DNA of 25,819 bases from a virus: positions 1 through 25,819 of the IMG/VR virus record IMGVR_UViG_3300043602_000052. One strand, 5' to 3'. Shown piece after piece: positions 7,537 to 16,000 of this stretch. The stretch's first letter is position 1. Each line of letters starts with the position of its first letter. The notes under the pieces were generated by a model that was not told the origin of the DNA, ran no database searches, and saw only the letters and a program-made list of their open reading frames with translations. The translations under genes and the position numbers were made by a program.

Positions 7537-8853
7537 GTGCGCGTGCTCGGCTACGAGCTGTCGCTCTCGAAGGTGGCGAGCGCCGTGCCGTCGTCGCCCG
7601 GGCGCGACGGCTGGTGGCCTATCGTGGTGCGCGAACCCTATACCGGGGCGTGGCAACTCAATCAGGAGCTGCGCCCCGAGTCGGTCCTCGCCAATCCGAC
7701 CGTCTACGCCTGCGTCACGCGCATCAGCCAGGACATCGGCAAGCTGCCGCTCAACCTCGTCGAGCAGACCTCGCCGGACATTTGGGCCGCGACGACCAAC
7801 CCCGCGTACTCGCCCGTGCTGCGCACGCCGAACCACTATCAGGATTGCTCGCAGTTCATCGAACAGTGGACGGTGTCGAAGTTCATTTGGGGCAACACCT
7901 ACGTGTTGAAGGGCCGCGATGCGCGCGGCGTCGTCAACCGGCTGTACGTGCTCAACCCGGCGTACGTGACGCCGCTCATCGCGCCGGATAGCTCGGTCTA
8001 CTACAAACTCCAACGCGACGACCTGACCGGCGTCAGCGTGGACGTCACGGTCCCCGCCCGCGAGATGATTCACGACCGCATGAACTGTCTGTGGCATCCG
8101 CTCGTCGGCGTGTCGCCGCTCTACGCCTGCGCGGGCGCGGCGATGCAGGGGCTGACGATCCAGCAGATGTCCTCGAAGTTTTTCGCGGGCGGCGCGACGC
8201 CGGGCGGCCTGCTGATTGCGCCCGGCGCCATCACGGAAGCGCAAGCGACGCAGATGGCGTCGGACTGGCAGACGAAATTTGGCGGCAACAACGTGGGCAA
8301 GGTCGCGGTGCTGTCGAACAACTTGAAGTACGAGCCGCTGTCGCAGACCGCACAGGATTCGCAACTGATCGAACAACAGAACAAGTCCGACGCCGAAATC
8401 GCGAAAGCGTTCGGGATGCCGATGTTCATCCTCGACACGACCAAGGGCGCCCCGTACGCCAACAACGAGGCGCTGATCCAGGTCTATCACGCCGAATGCC
8501 TGCAAAGTCCCATTCAGCATATCGAGCGGTCGCTCGAAAGCGGCCTCGATTTACCGTCCGGCCTCGGGATCGAATTCGATGTCGACGCGTTGATCTGGAT
8601 GGACACGCCGACGCGGACCAAGGCCGCGAGCGACGCGATTGGGTCGGGGGCGATGACGCCGAACGAAGCGCGCCAGAAATACTTCGGCCTCGGGCCAGTC
8701 GTGGGCGGTGACACGCCGTATCTGCAACAGCAGTACTTCTCTCTGCGGGCGTTGGCGGAACGAGATAAGTCGGACCCGTTTGCCAAGCCAACGCCCGCGC
8801 CCCCGGCTGACGTCGTCGAGGACGACCCCGACGACACGGAGCGGCTGCACTAA
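7537..8853 (+). CDS. Portal protein, HK97 family
   Basis: NPTVYACVTRISQDIGKLPLNLV...PNHYQ...GNTYVLK...GVSPL...KFFAGGATPGGLL...GNNVGKVAVLSNNLKYEPL...IAKAFGMPMFIL are the canonical Phage_portal motifs. Confidence 0.9.
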   Translation: MRVLGYELSLSKVASAVPSSPGRDGWWPIVVREPYTGAWQLNQELRPESVLANPTVYACVTRISQDIGKLPLNLVEQTSPDIWAATTNPAYSPVLRTPNHYQDCSQFIEQWTVSKFIWGNTYVLKGRDARGVVNRLYVLNPAYVTPLIAPDSSVYYKLQRDDLTGVSVDVTVPAREMIHDRMNCLWHPLVGVSPLYACAGAAMQGLTIQQMSSKFFAGGATPGGLLIAPGAITEAQATQMASDWQTKFGGNNVGKVAVLSNNLKYEPLSQTAQDSQLIEQQNKSDAEIAKAFGMPMFILDTTKGAPYANNEALIQVYHAECLQSPIQHIERSLESGLDLPSGLGIEFDVDALIWMDTPTRTKAASDAIGSGAMTPNEARQKYFGLGPVVGGDTPYLQQQYFSLRALAERDKSDPFAKPTPAPPADVVEDDPDDTERLH

Positions 8854-9191
8854 TGGCTGCGATCCTCGTCACGCTCGCGCAAGCCAAGCTGCACCTGTAC
8901 AAGTTCGAGCCGCCCGGCGACGTGCTGGACCCCGACGCGCAACTCAAGCTCGACGTCGCCGAGGCCAAGGTGCTGGCGCAGTGCAGCCGTACCGCGGCAT
9001 CGAAAGCCATCGCGGACGCCTGGACGTCGAGCACGGTGCCGCCGCAAGTCGTCGCCGCCATCCTGCTGGAGTTCGGCGAAGGGATGCGCTACCGCGGCGA
9101 CGACGAGACGCGCCCGGTGCGCGACGGCGAGGACGTCACGCCGCAAGTCGCCGCGCTGCTGCGGCCGTTCAGCGATCCGGTGTTCGCGTGA
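8853..9191 (+). CDS. Head-tail connector (gp6-like) protein
   Basis: The LVTLAQAKLHLYK...DPDAQLKLDVAEA N-terminus is typical of the family. TAATG overlap with the portal stop. Position is appropriate. Confidence 0.6.
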   Translation: MAAILVTLAQAKLHLYKFEPPGDVLDPDAQLKLDVAEAKVLAQCSRTAASKAIADAWTSSTVPPQVVAAILLEFGEGMRYRGDDETRPVRDGEDVTPQVAALLRPFSDPVFA

Positions 9192-9535
9192 TTCAAGTCG
9201 CGGCCGGTCGCCGCGTGCATCGCTTCACGGTGCAGAACCCCGGCCCGCTCGTGCCCGATGGCAGCGGCGGCTATTCCGAGACGCCGGTCATCCTCGCGCA
9301 GACCGTGTACGGCGAACTGCTGCCCGCGACCGCGCAAGAGCGGCGGATGCCCAACGTCGTCACCGCGAGCGCGTCGCATCTCGTCACCATCCCGTATCTG
9401 CCCGGCGTGACGCTGACGTCGACGCTGATCCTGCACGACGCCCGCGAAGGGGATCGGGCGTTCAGCATCGCGGGGATCAGCGACCCCGAGAACCGGCATA
9501 TCCAACTCGTGCTGGCGTGCGAGGAGGCGCAGTAG
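9188..9535 (+). CDS. Head-tail joining / head-closure protein
   Basis: GTG at 9188 overlaps the TGA (GTGA). GRRVHRFTVQNPGPLVPDGSGGY resembles the R.R.tiq...dg.GG signature. The track ORF 8708..9535 is over-extended. Confidence 0.6.
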   Translation: MIQVAAGRRVHRFTVQNPGPLVPDGSGGYSETPVILAQTVYGELLPATAQERRMPNVVTASASHLVTIPYLPGVTLTSTLILHDAREGDRAFSIAGISDPENRHIQLVLACEEAQ

Positions 9536-10008
9536 TGCCGCGCGCGACGCCGATGTCGGTGCATTGGACGGGGCTGATTGAACTGAAGCAGCAGCTCGGC
9601 GCCATCCCGGCGAACCTGCTGGCGAGCAGTCGCGGCGCCGTCGAACTCGCGACGCAGCAAGTCGCCGCCGGGTTGCGCGCGATCTACCCGGTCGGCACGG
9701 CAGGCCGCTTGCGTAATGGGCGGCCGATCTCGCCGGGCGGATTGCGGCGCGGCGTCCGCACCAGCATCAAGACCACGGCGACCGGCACGGTCGGCACGGT
9801 CACGTCGACGGCGCCCCATGCGCACTTGTGGGAGTTCGGCACGGTGTCGCGCAACTGGACGCGCCGTAAGTCGCACAAGTACGTCGGCCAGATGCCTGCG
9901 CAGTACGGGAAGGGCGTCGTCGGGCAAGCGATCCGCGAGCGCCGCATCCTCGAAGCGCAACTGATCGCGCAAGTCCGCAATGCCGGGTTCACGGTCAACG
10001 GGCAATGA
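9535..10008 (+). CDS. HK97 gp10-family neck/tail-attachment protein
   Basis: STAPHAHLWEFGT motif. GTG at 9535 overlaps the upstream TAG, with GAGGAGG 8-14 nt upstream. An alternative in-frame GTG start lies at 9517. Confidence 0.65.
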   Translation: MPRATPMSVHWTGLIELKQQLGAIPANLLASSRGAVELATQQVAAGLRAIYPVGTAGRLRNGRPISPGGLRRGVRTSIKTTATGTVGTVTSTAPHAHLWEFGTVSRNWTRRKSHKYVGQMPAQYGKGVVGQAIRERRILEAQLIAQVRNAGFTVNGQ

Positions 10009-10430
10009 GCGACAGCGCGGCCGTCGATGCGGCCATCTTCTCGGCCCTGCAAAGCGACACGGCATTGATGGCGCTGCTACCCGGTGGGGTGTGGTTCGGC
10101 TCGGCGCCACAGGCGCACACGAAAGTCGTCATCGTGTCGATGACCGATCACACCGACGTGTATCTGTTCCAGGGTCCGAGCCACGAGGAATTTGTGTATG
10201 CGGTGACCGCGCTCGTGAAGGACCGGTCGGTCACCGTGGCGAACGAGGCTGAAGCGCGCATCAATGCGGTGATGCGGGCGCTCCCGAATCCGACCGGCTA
10301 TACGCTCATGCTCGCGCAGCGCCAGAAGCGCATCGCGTTCCCGATCCCCGATGACACGAATCTTGACGAAGTGTGGCAGCAGCGCGGCGGCCTGTACGAC
10401 GTGCATGTTGAGCCGCTGGAGGAGCCCTGA
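10005..10430 (+). CDS. Tail completion/terminator-position protein
   Basis: Called on position between the gp10-like and tail-tube genes, size (141 aa) and ATGA coupling. No decisive motif. Confidence 0.45.
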   Translation: MSDSAAVDAAIFSALQSDTALMALLPGGVWFGSAPQAHTKVVIVSMTDHTDVYLFQGPSHEEFVYAVTALVKDRSVTVANEAEARINAVMRALPNPTGYTLMLAQRQKRIAFPIPDDTNLDEVWQQRGGLYDVHVEPLEEP

Positions 10431-10828
10431 TGGCGAGACGACACGGCAAAAACGGCGACGTGATGATGGACCCGACCGGCGGCGCAACGGTCGTGCGCGT
10501 GGCGTCGCTCAATTCGTGGACGCTGGATGCGGCCTCCGATAACGTCGACGTCACCTGTTTTGGTGACACCAATAAGCAGTATGTCAAGGGGCTGCCGGAC
10601 TACAAGGGCGACATCGGCGGCGTGTGGGATGCGGCCGACGTCGCGATCTTTGACGCGGCGTTCGCGGGGACGCCCGTCGCGCTGAAGTTGATCCCGTCGA
10701 CGCTTGACGCGACGGCGTTCTTCGAGGGCCTCGGCTACATCGACGCCGGGATTGATTGCCCGGCCGATGGCGCGGTCACGATTTCCGGCACCTGGGTCGC
10801 CGCGGGCAATTGGACGATGGCGCCGTAA
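10430..10828 (+). CDS. Major tail (tube) protein, small type
   Basis: 132 aa immediately upstream of the chaperone/tape-measure genes. LNSWTLDAASDNVDVTCFGDTNKQYVKGLPDYKG resembles tail-tube N-terminal strands. Confidence 0.6.
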   Translation: MARRHGKNGDVMMDPTGGATVVRVASLNSWTLDAASDNVDVTCFGDTNKQYVKGLPDYKGDIGGVWDAADVAIFDAAFAGTPVALKLIPSTLDATAFFEGLGYIDAGIDCPADGAVTISGTWVAAGNWTMAP

Positions 10829-10829
10829 C

Positions 10830-11204
10830 ATGCCGAACGTCGTGCACGAATGGCGGGGCGTCACCGCGGAGATTTGCTGGACGCCTCGGGACGGTCGGTA
10901 TACGGCCGCGGGCATTCGCGGGTACACCATCGCCAAGACGCCCGGTGGGCTGTCGCTGCGCGCGACGGTGCTGTTGTCTGATGCCTACAAGCTCGCGCAG
11001 CGGCCCTTAACGCTGGTGTTGCCGGTGCGGCTCGGTAAGCCGCCGAAGCAACGCGACCACGAATATCGGTATCCGATCACCACGTTTACCCTGCGCGACA
11101 GCGTGCTCGATGCCACGCTGGGGCCGCGCATCACGGAGCCCTATGCCGCGCTGCCGTTTCGTCGACCCGACCCGCGAAGTCCGATACTCCTTATCGGACG
11201 GTGA
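10830..11204 (+). CDS. Hypothetical protein (124 aa) between the tail tube and chaperone genes
   Basis: ATG 2 nt after the upstream TAA. Overlaps the next gene by 62 nt. No recognisable motif. Confidence 0.45.
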   Translation: MPNVVHEWRGVTAEICWTPRDGRYTAAGIRGYTIAKTPGGLSLRATVLLSDAYKLAQRPLTLVLPVRLGKPPKQRDHEYRYPITTFTLRDSVLDATLGPRITEPYAALPFRRPDPRSPILLIGR

Positions 11205-11526
11205 TTGGATCGTGATTCGTCACGAGTTGACGGTCGGCCAGCAACGCGACCTGGTGCGGGCGCTCAAGACGAAAGACGGCGACGTCGATACGACCGCGTA
11301 CCCGCTCGCGCGGGCGCTGGCGTATCTGGTGTCGTGGTCATTCATCGACGAGCGCGGCGGCGTCGCGCCGATCACCCAGGGCGCGATTGAGTTTCTCGAC
11401 ACCGCGACCTTCAGCGAGATCACCGCGGCGATTGACGGGCACGTCGACGCGCTGGAGCAGGAAAAAAAACGGACGACGAGTACCGCGACCGCTGCCGATC
11501 CGACTTTGCAATCTGTCGGTTCATGA
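11143..11526 (+). CDS. Tail assembly chaperone (gpG-like, zero-frame product)
   Basis: Sits directly before the tape-measure gene. DGDWIVIRHELTVGQQRDL... is typical of chaperone N-termini. GGAG 4 nt upstream of ATG 11143, with an alternative ATG at 11110. Carries the A8 slippery run near its 3' end. Confidence 0.7.
   Translation: MPRCRFVDPTREVRYSLSDGDWIVIRHELTVGQQRDLVRALKTKDGDVDTTAYPLARALAYLVSWSFIDERGGVAPITQGAIEFLDTATFSEITAAIDGHVDALEQEKKRTTSTATAADPTLQSVGS
11462..11469 (+). promoter_or_regulatory. Programmed -1 ribosomal frameshift site (A AAA AAA)
   Basis: GAA AAA AAA CGG in the zero frame. The -1 frame stays open to 11621. Confidence 0.6.
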
Positions 11527-11621
11527 ACTGGACGATGCCTGACCTGATGGCGTTACCCGCCGGGCTGTATGGCGAGCTGGTCGCGTGGATGACGGAGCTG
11601 AACGATGGCCGTCACCGCTGA
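11469..11621 (+). CDS. -1 frame extension of the tail assembly chaperone (gpT-like part of a G-T fusion)
   Basis: The -1 frame reads TDDEYRDRCRSDFAICRFMNWTMPDLMALPAGLYGELVAWMTELNDGRHR* with 41/50 G/C third positions. The zero-frame tail from 11470 to 11523 has only 9/18. It ends 17 nt inside the tape-measure gene. Confidence 0.6.
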   Translation, partial: TDDEYRDRCRSDFAICRFMNWTMPDLMALPAGLYGELVAWMTELNDGRHR

Positions 11622-13074
11622 ATTTCGCGCCGATACATCGTCCTTCGTCAAGGAAGTCGAGAAAGCCGAGAAGGCGCTCGACGGCCTCGGGAAGAGTACC
11701 GACACGTTGCAGAAACAGGTCGGCGCGTTCGACAGCGTGCTGCAAAAGGCTGGGATCAACATCGGGCCGACCGCGAAAGCCATCGACGAAATCAGCGCGG
11801 CGTCGGGCAAGACGGCGGGTGAACTGGGGAAGCTCGCGACCGCGGGCCTCGTCGTCGGCACGGCGATGGCGGCGTGGGATTTCGGCCGCGCCATTGCCGG
11901 ATTCTTCGGCCTCGACAAAGCCATCGGCAACGCGACCGCGGCGGCGCTCGGATGGGGCGACATCTCCAAAGAAGTCGCGGGCGCGCAGCAGGACGTGATC
12001 GACGCCGCGTTCAAGAACAGCAAGGGCGTCCTGATGTCATACAGCCAGGCGCTGGCGTACAACACGAAGTTTCATCAAGACCGGCTCGCGGCCGTGAAAG
12101 AAACGAATCAGGCCGACATCGCGAGCGGCGAAGCCTGGGCGGAACTCAATTCGATAGGCGCGACGTATACCGAAACCCTGGCGACGATGAACCAGGCCGA
12201 CGTCGCCGCGATCAAGTTGCAACTGGCGCAGAACGCGCAAGTGAGCACGTTGGCGGCCGCCTACGGGTACACGGCCTCGCAAATCAAAGCCGTCGAAGAA
12301 TCCATGAAGGCCGCCGAGGCGGCGGATAAAGCGTGGCTGGAAGGGATGAAAGCGGCCGACGCCGAGGCGACCCTGTACGCGGCGACGCTGACCAACGTGC
12401 TGCAAAAAGCCATCAAGGACACCGCAGACCTTGACGAGAAAGCGACCATCAAACTCACCGCGATGACCGATGCGCGCACCGCGTCGATCATGAAAGAACA
12501 GGCCGCCCGCGACATCATCGCGGCGAAGTCGGCGCCGCAGTACGACGCGCAGACGACGGCGTGGATGAAGATGCAGAAGTCGCTCGGCGAACTGCAAAAG
12601 GAACAGGTCGGCAACATCGACACGACCGCACGCCAGGCCGTGATCTACAGCGAGTACACCGACGCGACACTCGCCGAAGCCCTCGCGCAGGACGAAGCGA
12701 CCCAGGCCTTTTGGAAGTCGCGCGAGGCGCAGTCGAAGAACACCGAGGAAACCGAGAAGGCGACCAAGGCGACCGGCGTTTACATGAACCAGCTGCATAT
12801 GCTGGTCGATGATCCGAAGCTCGCGGCGTTCTTCGGCGGCAACGCGGTCGCGAACACGCTGTATAGCGGCGGCCAGGGCGGCTTTACCCCGGAGGAAGCC
12901 GCGGCCATCGGCGCCGGACAGTTCATCAACATGGCGGGCGTGGGGCAGCCGGGGCTCGGCCAGCATCCGATTATCGTCAACGTCAACTCCCCGCTCGGCA
13001 CGCCCGCCCAGGTCGGCGCCGCGGTCGGCAACGCGCTCACCGGCCAGGCCCGCGCCAACGGAGCGCGGTTCTGA
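11605..13074 (+). CDS. Tape measure protein (489 aa)
   Basis: Position, Ala/Lys/Glu-rich coiled-coil composition, and a hydrophobic Gly-rich segment (LATAGLVVGTAMAAWDFGRAIAGFFG). Confidence 0.8.
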   Translation: MAVTAEFRADTSSFVKEVEKAEKALDGLGKSTDTLQKQVGAFDSVLQKAGINIGPTAKAIDEISAASGKTAGELGKLATAGLVVGTAMAAWDFGRAIAGFFGLDKAIGNATAAALGWGDISKEVAGAQQDVIDAAFKNSKGVLMSYSQALAYNTKFHQDRLAAVKETNQADIASGEAWAELNSIGATYTETLATMNQADVAAIKLQLAQNAQVSTLAAAYGYTASQIKAVEESMKAAEAADKAWLEGMKAADAEATLYAATLTNVLQKAIKDTADLDEKATIKLTAMTDARTASIMKEQAARDIIAAKSAPQYDAQTTAWMKMQKSLGELQKEQVGNIDTTARQAVIYSEYTDATLAEALAQDEATQAFWKSREAQSKNTEETEKATKATGVYMNQLHMLVDDPKLAAFFGGNAVANTLYSGGQGGFTPEEAAAIGAGQFINMAGVGQPGLGQHPIIVNVNSPLGTPAQVGAAVGNALTGQARANGARF

Positions 13075-16000
13075 TGATCCTCACCGATGCCCGCGCCGGG
13101 CTCGCGCGCAGCGGGGCGACGCGCTCGGGCTATCCCGTGCTCGAGGGGTTCAAGGTTCCCTTATTCGCGCTGTCGAACATCGCGCGCAGCGGCGCGACCC
13201 GCAGCAACTACGTCGACACCGGGCATGTCTTCATCGACATCGGCGGCGTCAACGCCGCGGATCATGTCCTCTACGCGAACGCGCAGATCGTCGACACCCT
13301 CGACGAAACGCCGACAACCGGCACGCTGAGCACGTTCCAGTTTCATCCCGTCGAGGGGCAAGAGGTCATCATCCGACTGGGCAGCCAGAACCAGTCGCGG
13401 CGCCTGTTCGCCGGGAACATCATCGCGATTGACCGCAGCTATGCGGGGAAGCCTGCGAACGCCATCGATACGTGCCGCCTGATCGACTACACCTGGGGCC
13501 TCGGCAAGCGCCAGGTGCGCACGCGGTACCTCTCGACGACCGTGGCGGCCATCGTCGCGGATCTCGTCGCGACCTATGCACCCGGCTACGGCTGGCGGGT
13601 CGAGGCGGACATCGGCGCCGAAGTCCTCGACGAGATCACGTTTACCGAGACGTCGCTGCCCGGCTGCTTGTCGCAGCTCACCCGGCGCGTCGGCGGCAAT
13701 TGGATCTGCGACTACCAGAAAGTTGTCCAGGTGTTTTTCGAGAACACGCTGGCGACGAACCCGGCACCGCTCAACGCCGTGCATCCGACGCTGTTGCAGT
13801 TTCAAGCGACGCGCGACCTGTCGCAGATCGTGACCCGTGCGCTGGTCGAGGGCGGCGGCGTCACGGCCTTCGCCACGTGTGCCGTGGGTGAAACGATTCT
13901 GCCGCTGGATGGCGAACCGAGCTGGTACAGCCCGTCAGGCGGCACCGTCGTCGCCGGGCCGCAGCGCATCACGTATACCGGCGTCTCGAGCAGCACGGGC
14001 GGCGGCATGGTCGGCCCTGGCGCCTCGCCGACCGGGCGCCCGACGCTGACCCAGGCGACCGGGAGCGGCATCGAAGCGGGCACGCATAGTTACGCGGTCA
14101 CCTTCACGACGGCCAGCGGCGAATCGGTCGCTGGCCCCGTGGCGACTATCGACGTCGGGCCTGTCGCGGCCCCGCTGACCGCACCAGCGGTCGGCGAACC
14201 CCAGGGCGGGCTCGGCCCCGAAGTGGGCACGCACGGCTACGCGGTGACCTTCCTGACGGCCTCGGGCGAAACGATGGCCGGGCCGACCGTCAGTGTCGCG
14301 ACCGGCATCGCGGACCCGCCCACCACGGCGCCCGTCGTCGGCGTGCCGACACCCAGCGCGACCGGCGTCGATGCGGGGCAGCACGAGTACGCGGTGAGCT
14401 TCGTCAACGCCAACGGGGAAACAACGCCCGGCCCGATTGGCGGCGCCGCCGCAACCGCGGCCATGCCCGCGCCGGATGTGTCGCCGTCACTCGCCCCGGC
14501 CGCGGGCGCGGGCCTCGGCCTCGGCGGGTACTACTACGTCTACACGTTTGCGACCGCCGCGGGGGAAACGACACAAAGCCCGTGGGGCTACATCGGGACC
14601 GGCGGCGTGACCCCGCCGCCCGTGTCGAGCGTCGCCAACGATACTGGCGGCGGGTCCGCCGTGGCGTGGGTCACCGGGGATGCGCTCTACTTTCGAACGG
14701 CCTATCAGGGCGCGAGCGGCGTCGTCTCGGTGATGTCGCCGCAATCGGCGACGATCATCGCGACGTCGCTGAGCGGCAGTACCGCCCACGCCGCGCAGGT
14801 GACGCTGACCCGATCTGCTGACCCGCTGGTCACCAATATTCGCGTCTATCTGAATCGGAACGGCACCTGGGTCGGGTATTCCACCGGGCCGAATAGCACG
14901 ATGACGGGGTTTGTCACCAGTGCCCCGAATGCCGGGAGTCCGCCGACCGTGCTGCAACAGGTCGCGGTGAGTGGCATTGCGACGGGGCCGCCCGGGACCA
15001 CGGCGCGGCGGATCTTTCGCAGCCCGGTCAATGGCAGCGGGCTCAAGCTGTGCGCCATCCTGGCTGACAACGTGACGACGGGTTTTCTCGACGCGAAGCC
15101 CGACGCGATGCTTGATACGCCCGTGCCGCCCGCGACGAATACCGCCGCGACGAATTCGTCGATGCCGGTGCAGGGCATCGAGAAAGGGCCGACCGGCACC
15201 AGCGGCCGCAAGCTCTATCGGCGCTCGGGCGGGGCACCGGGGCTGAAGCTGGTGACGACGATTGCCAACAACAGCGCGACGACCTACACCGACACGACAC
15301 CCAACGCGTCGCTCGGCGCGGCGCCGCCGACCGTCAACACCGCGACGACGCGCGTGATCCCCTTGACGGCCATCGCCATCGGCGCGGGCGCCCTGGTCAC
15401 AGCGCGCAAGGTCTACCGCACGGCCGCGAATGCCGCCCAGTTGAAACTCCTGACCACGCTGGCCGACAACACGACGACCGCGTTTCTCGACACCGTCGTC
15501 GATGCCAGCCTCGGCGCCAACGTGCCGACCAGTACCACGGCGACGGCGAACCGCGTGACGCTCACCGCGATCCCAGTCGGCGCGGCGGCGGTCACCAGCC
15601 GGAAGCTGTATCGCACCGCGGCGAACGCGGCGCAGCTCAAGCTGCTGACGACCCTCGCGGATAACGTCACCACGACCTACACCGACAGCAGTTCACTGGC
15701 CGTGCTCGGCGCCAACGTGCCGGTCGCGGATACCTCAGGGCTGACGCAACCGCAGGGGAGCGTCTATCCAGGGGCGACGTCGTTTCAGGTCGCGAACATC
15801 GGGCCGTTCCCGCCGAGCGGCTGGGCCGTCATCGGCAACGGGCAGCAAGTGATCCGCTACACGTCGGTCACCGGCAGTGTGCTCGGCGGCATCCCGTCGA
15901 CCGGAGCGGGCTCGATTGTCGCGGCCATCAGTTTCAACAGCACCGTGACCGCGGCGCCCGTGCTCACCGGCATTCCCGCGAGCGGCACCGGCTCGATCCG

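Noticed and set aside
13101-13215. Duplicated ARSGATRS[GN]Y peptide (13104 and 13182, 26 aa apart) at the N-terminus of the large tail protein, considered as a regulatory DNA repeat
   Set aside because: It is in frame and coding, with synonymous differences. It is most simply a small internal protein duplication and no independent DNA-level role is evident.
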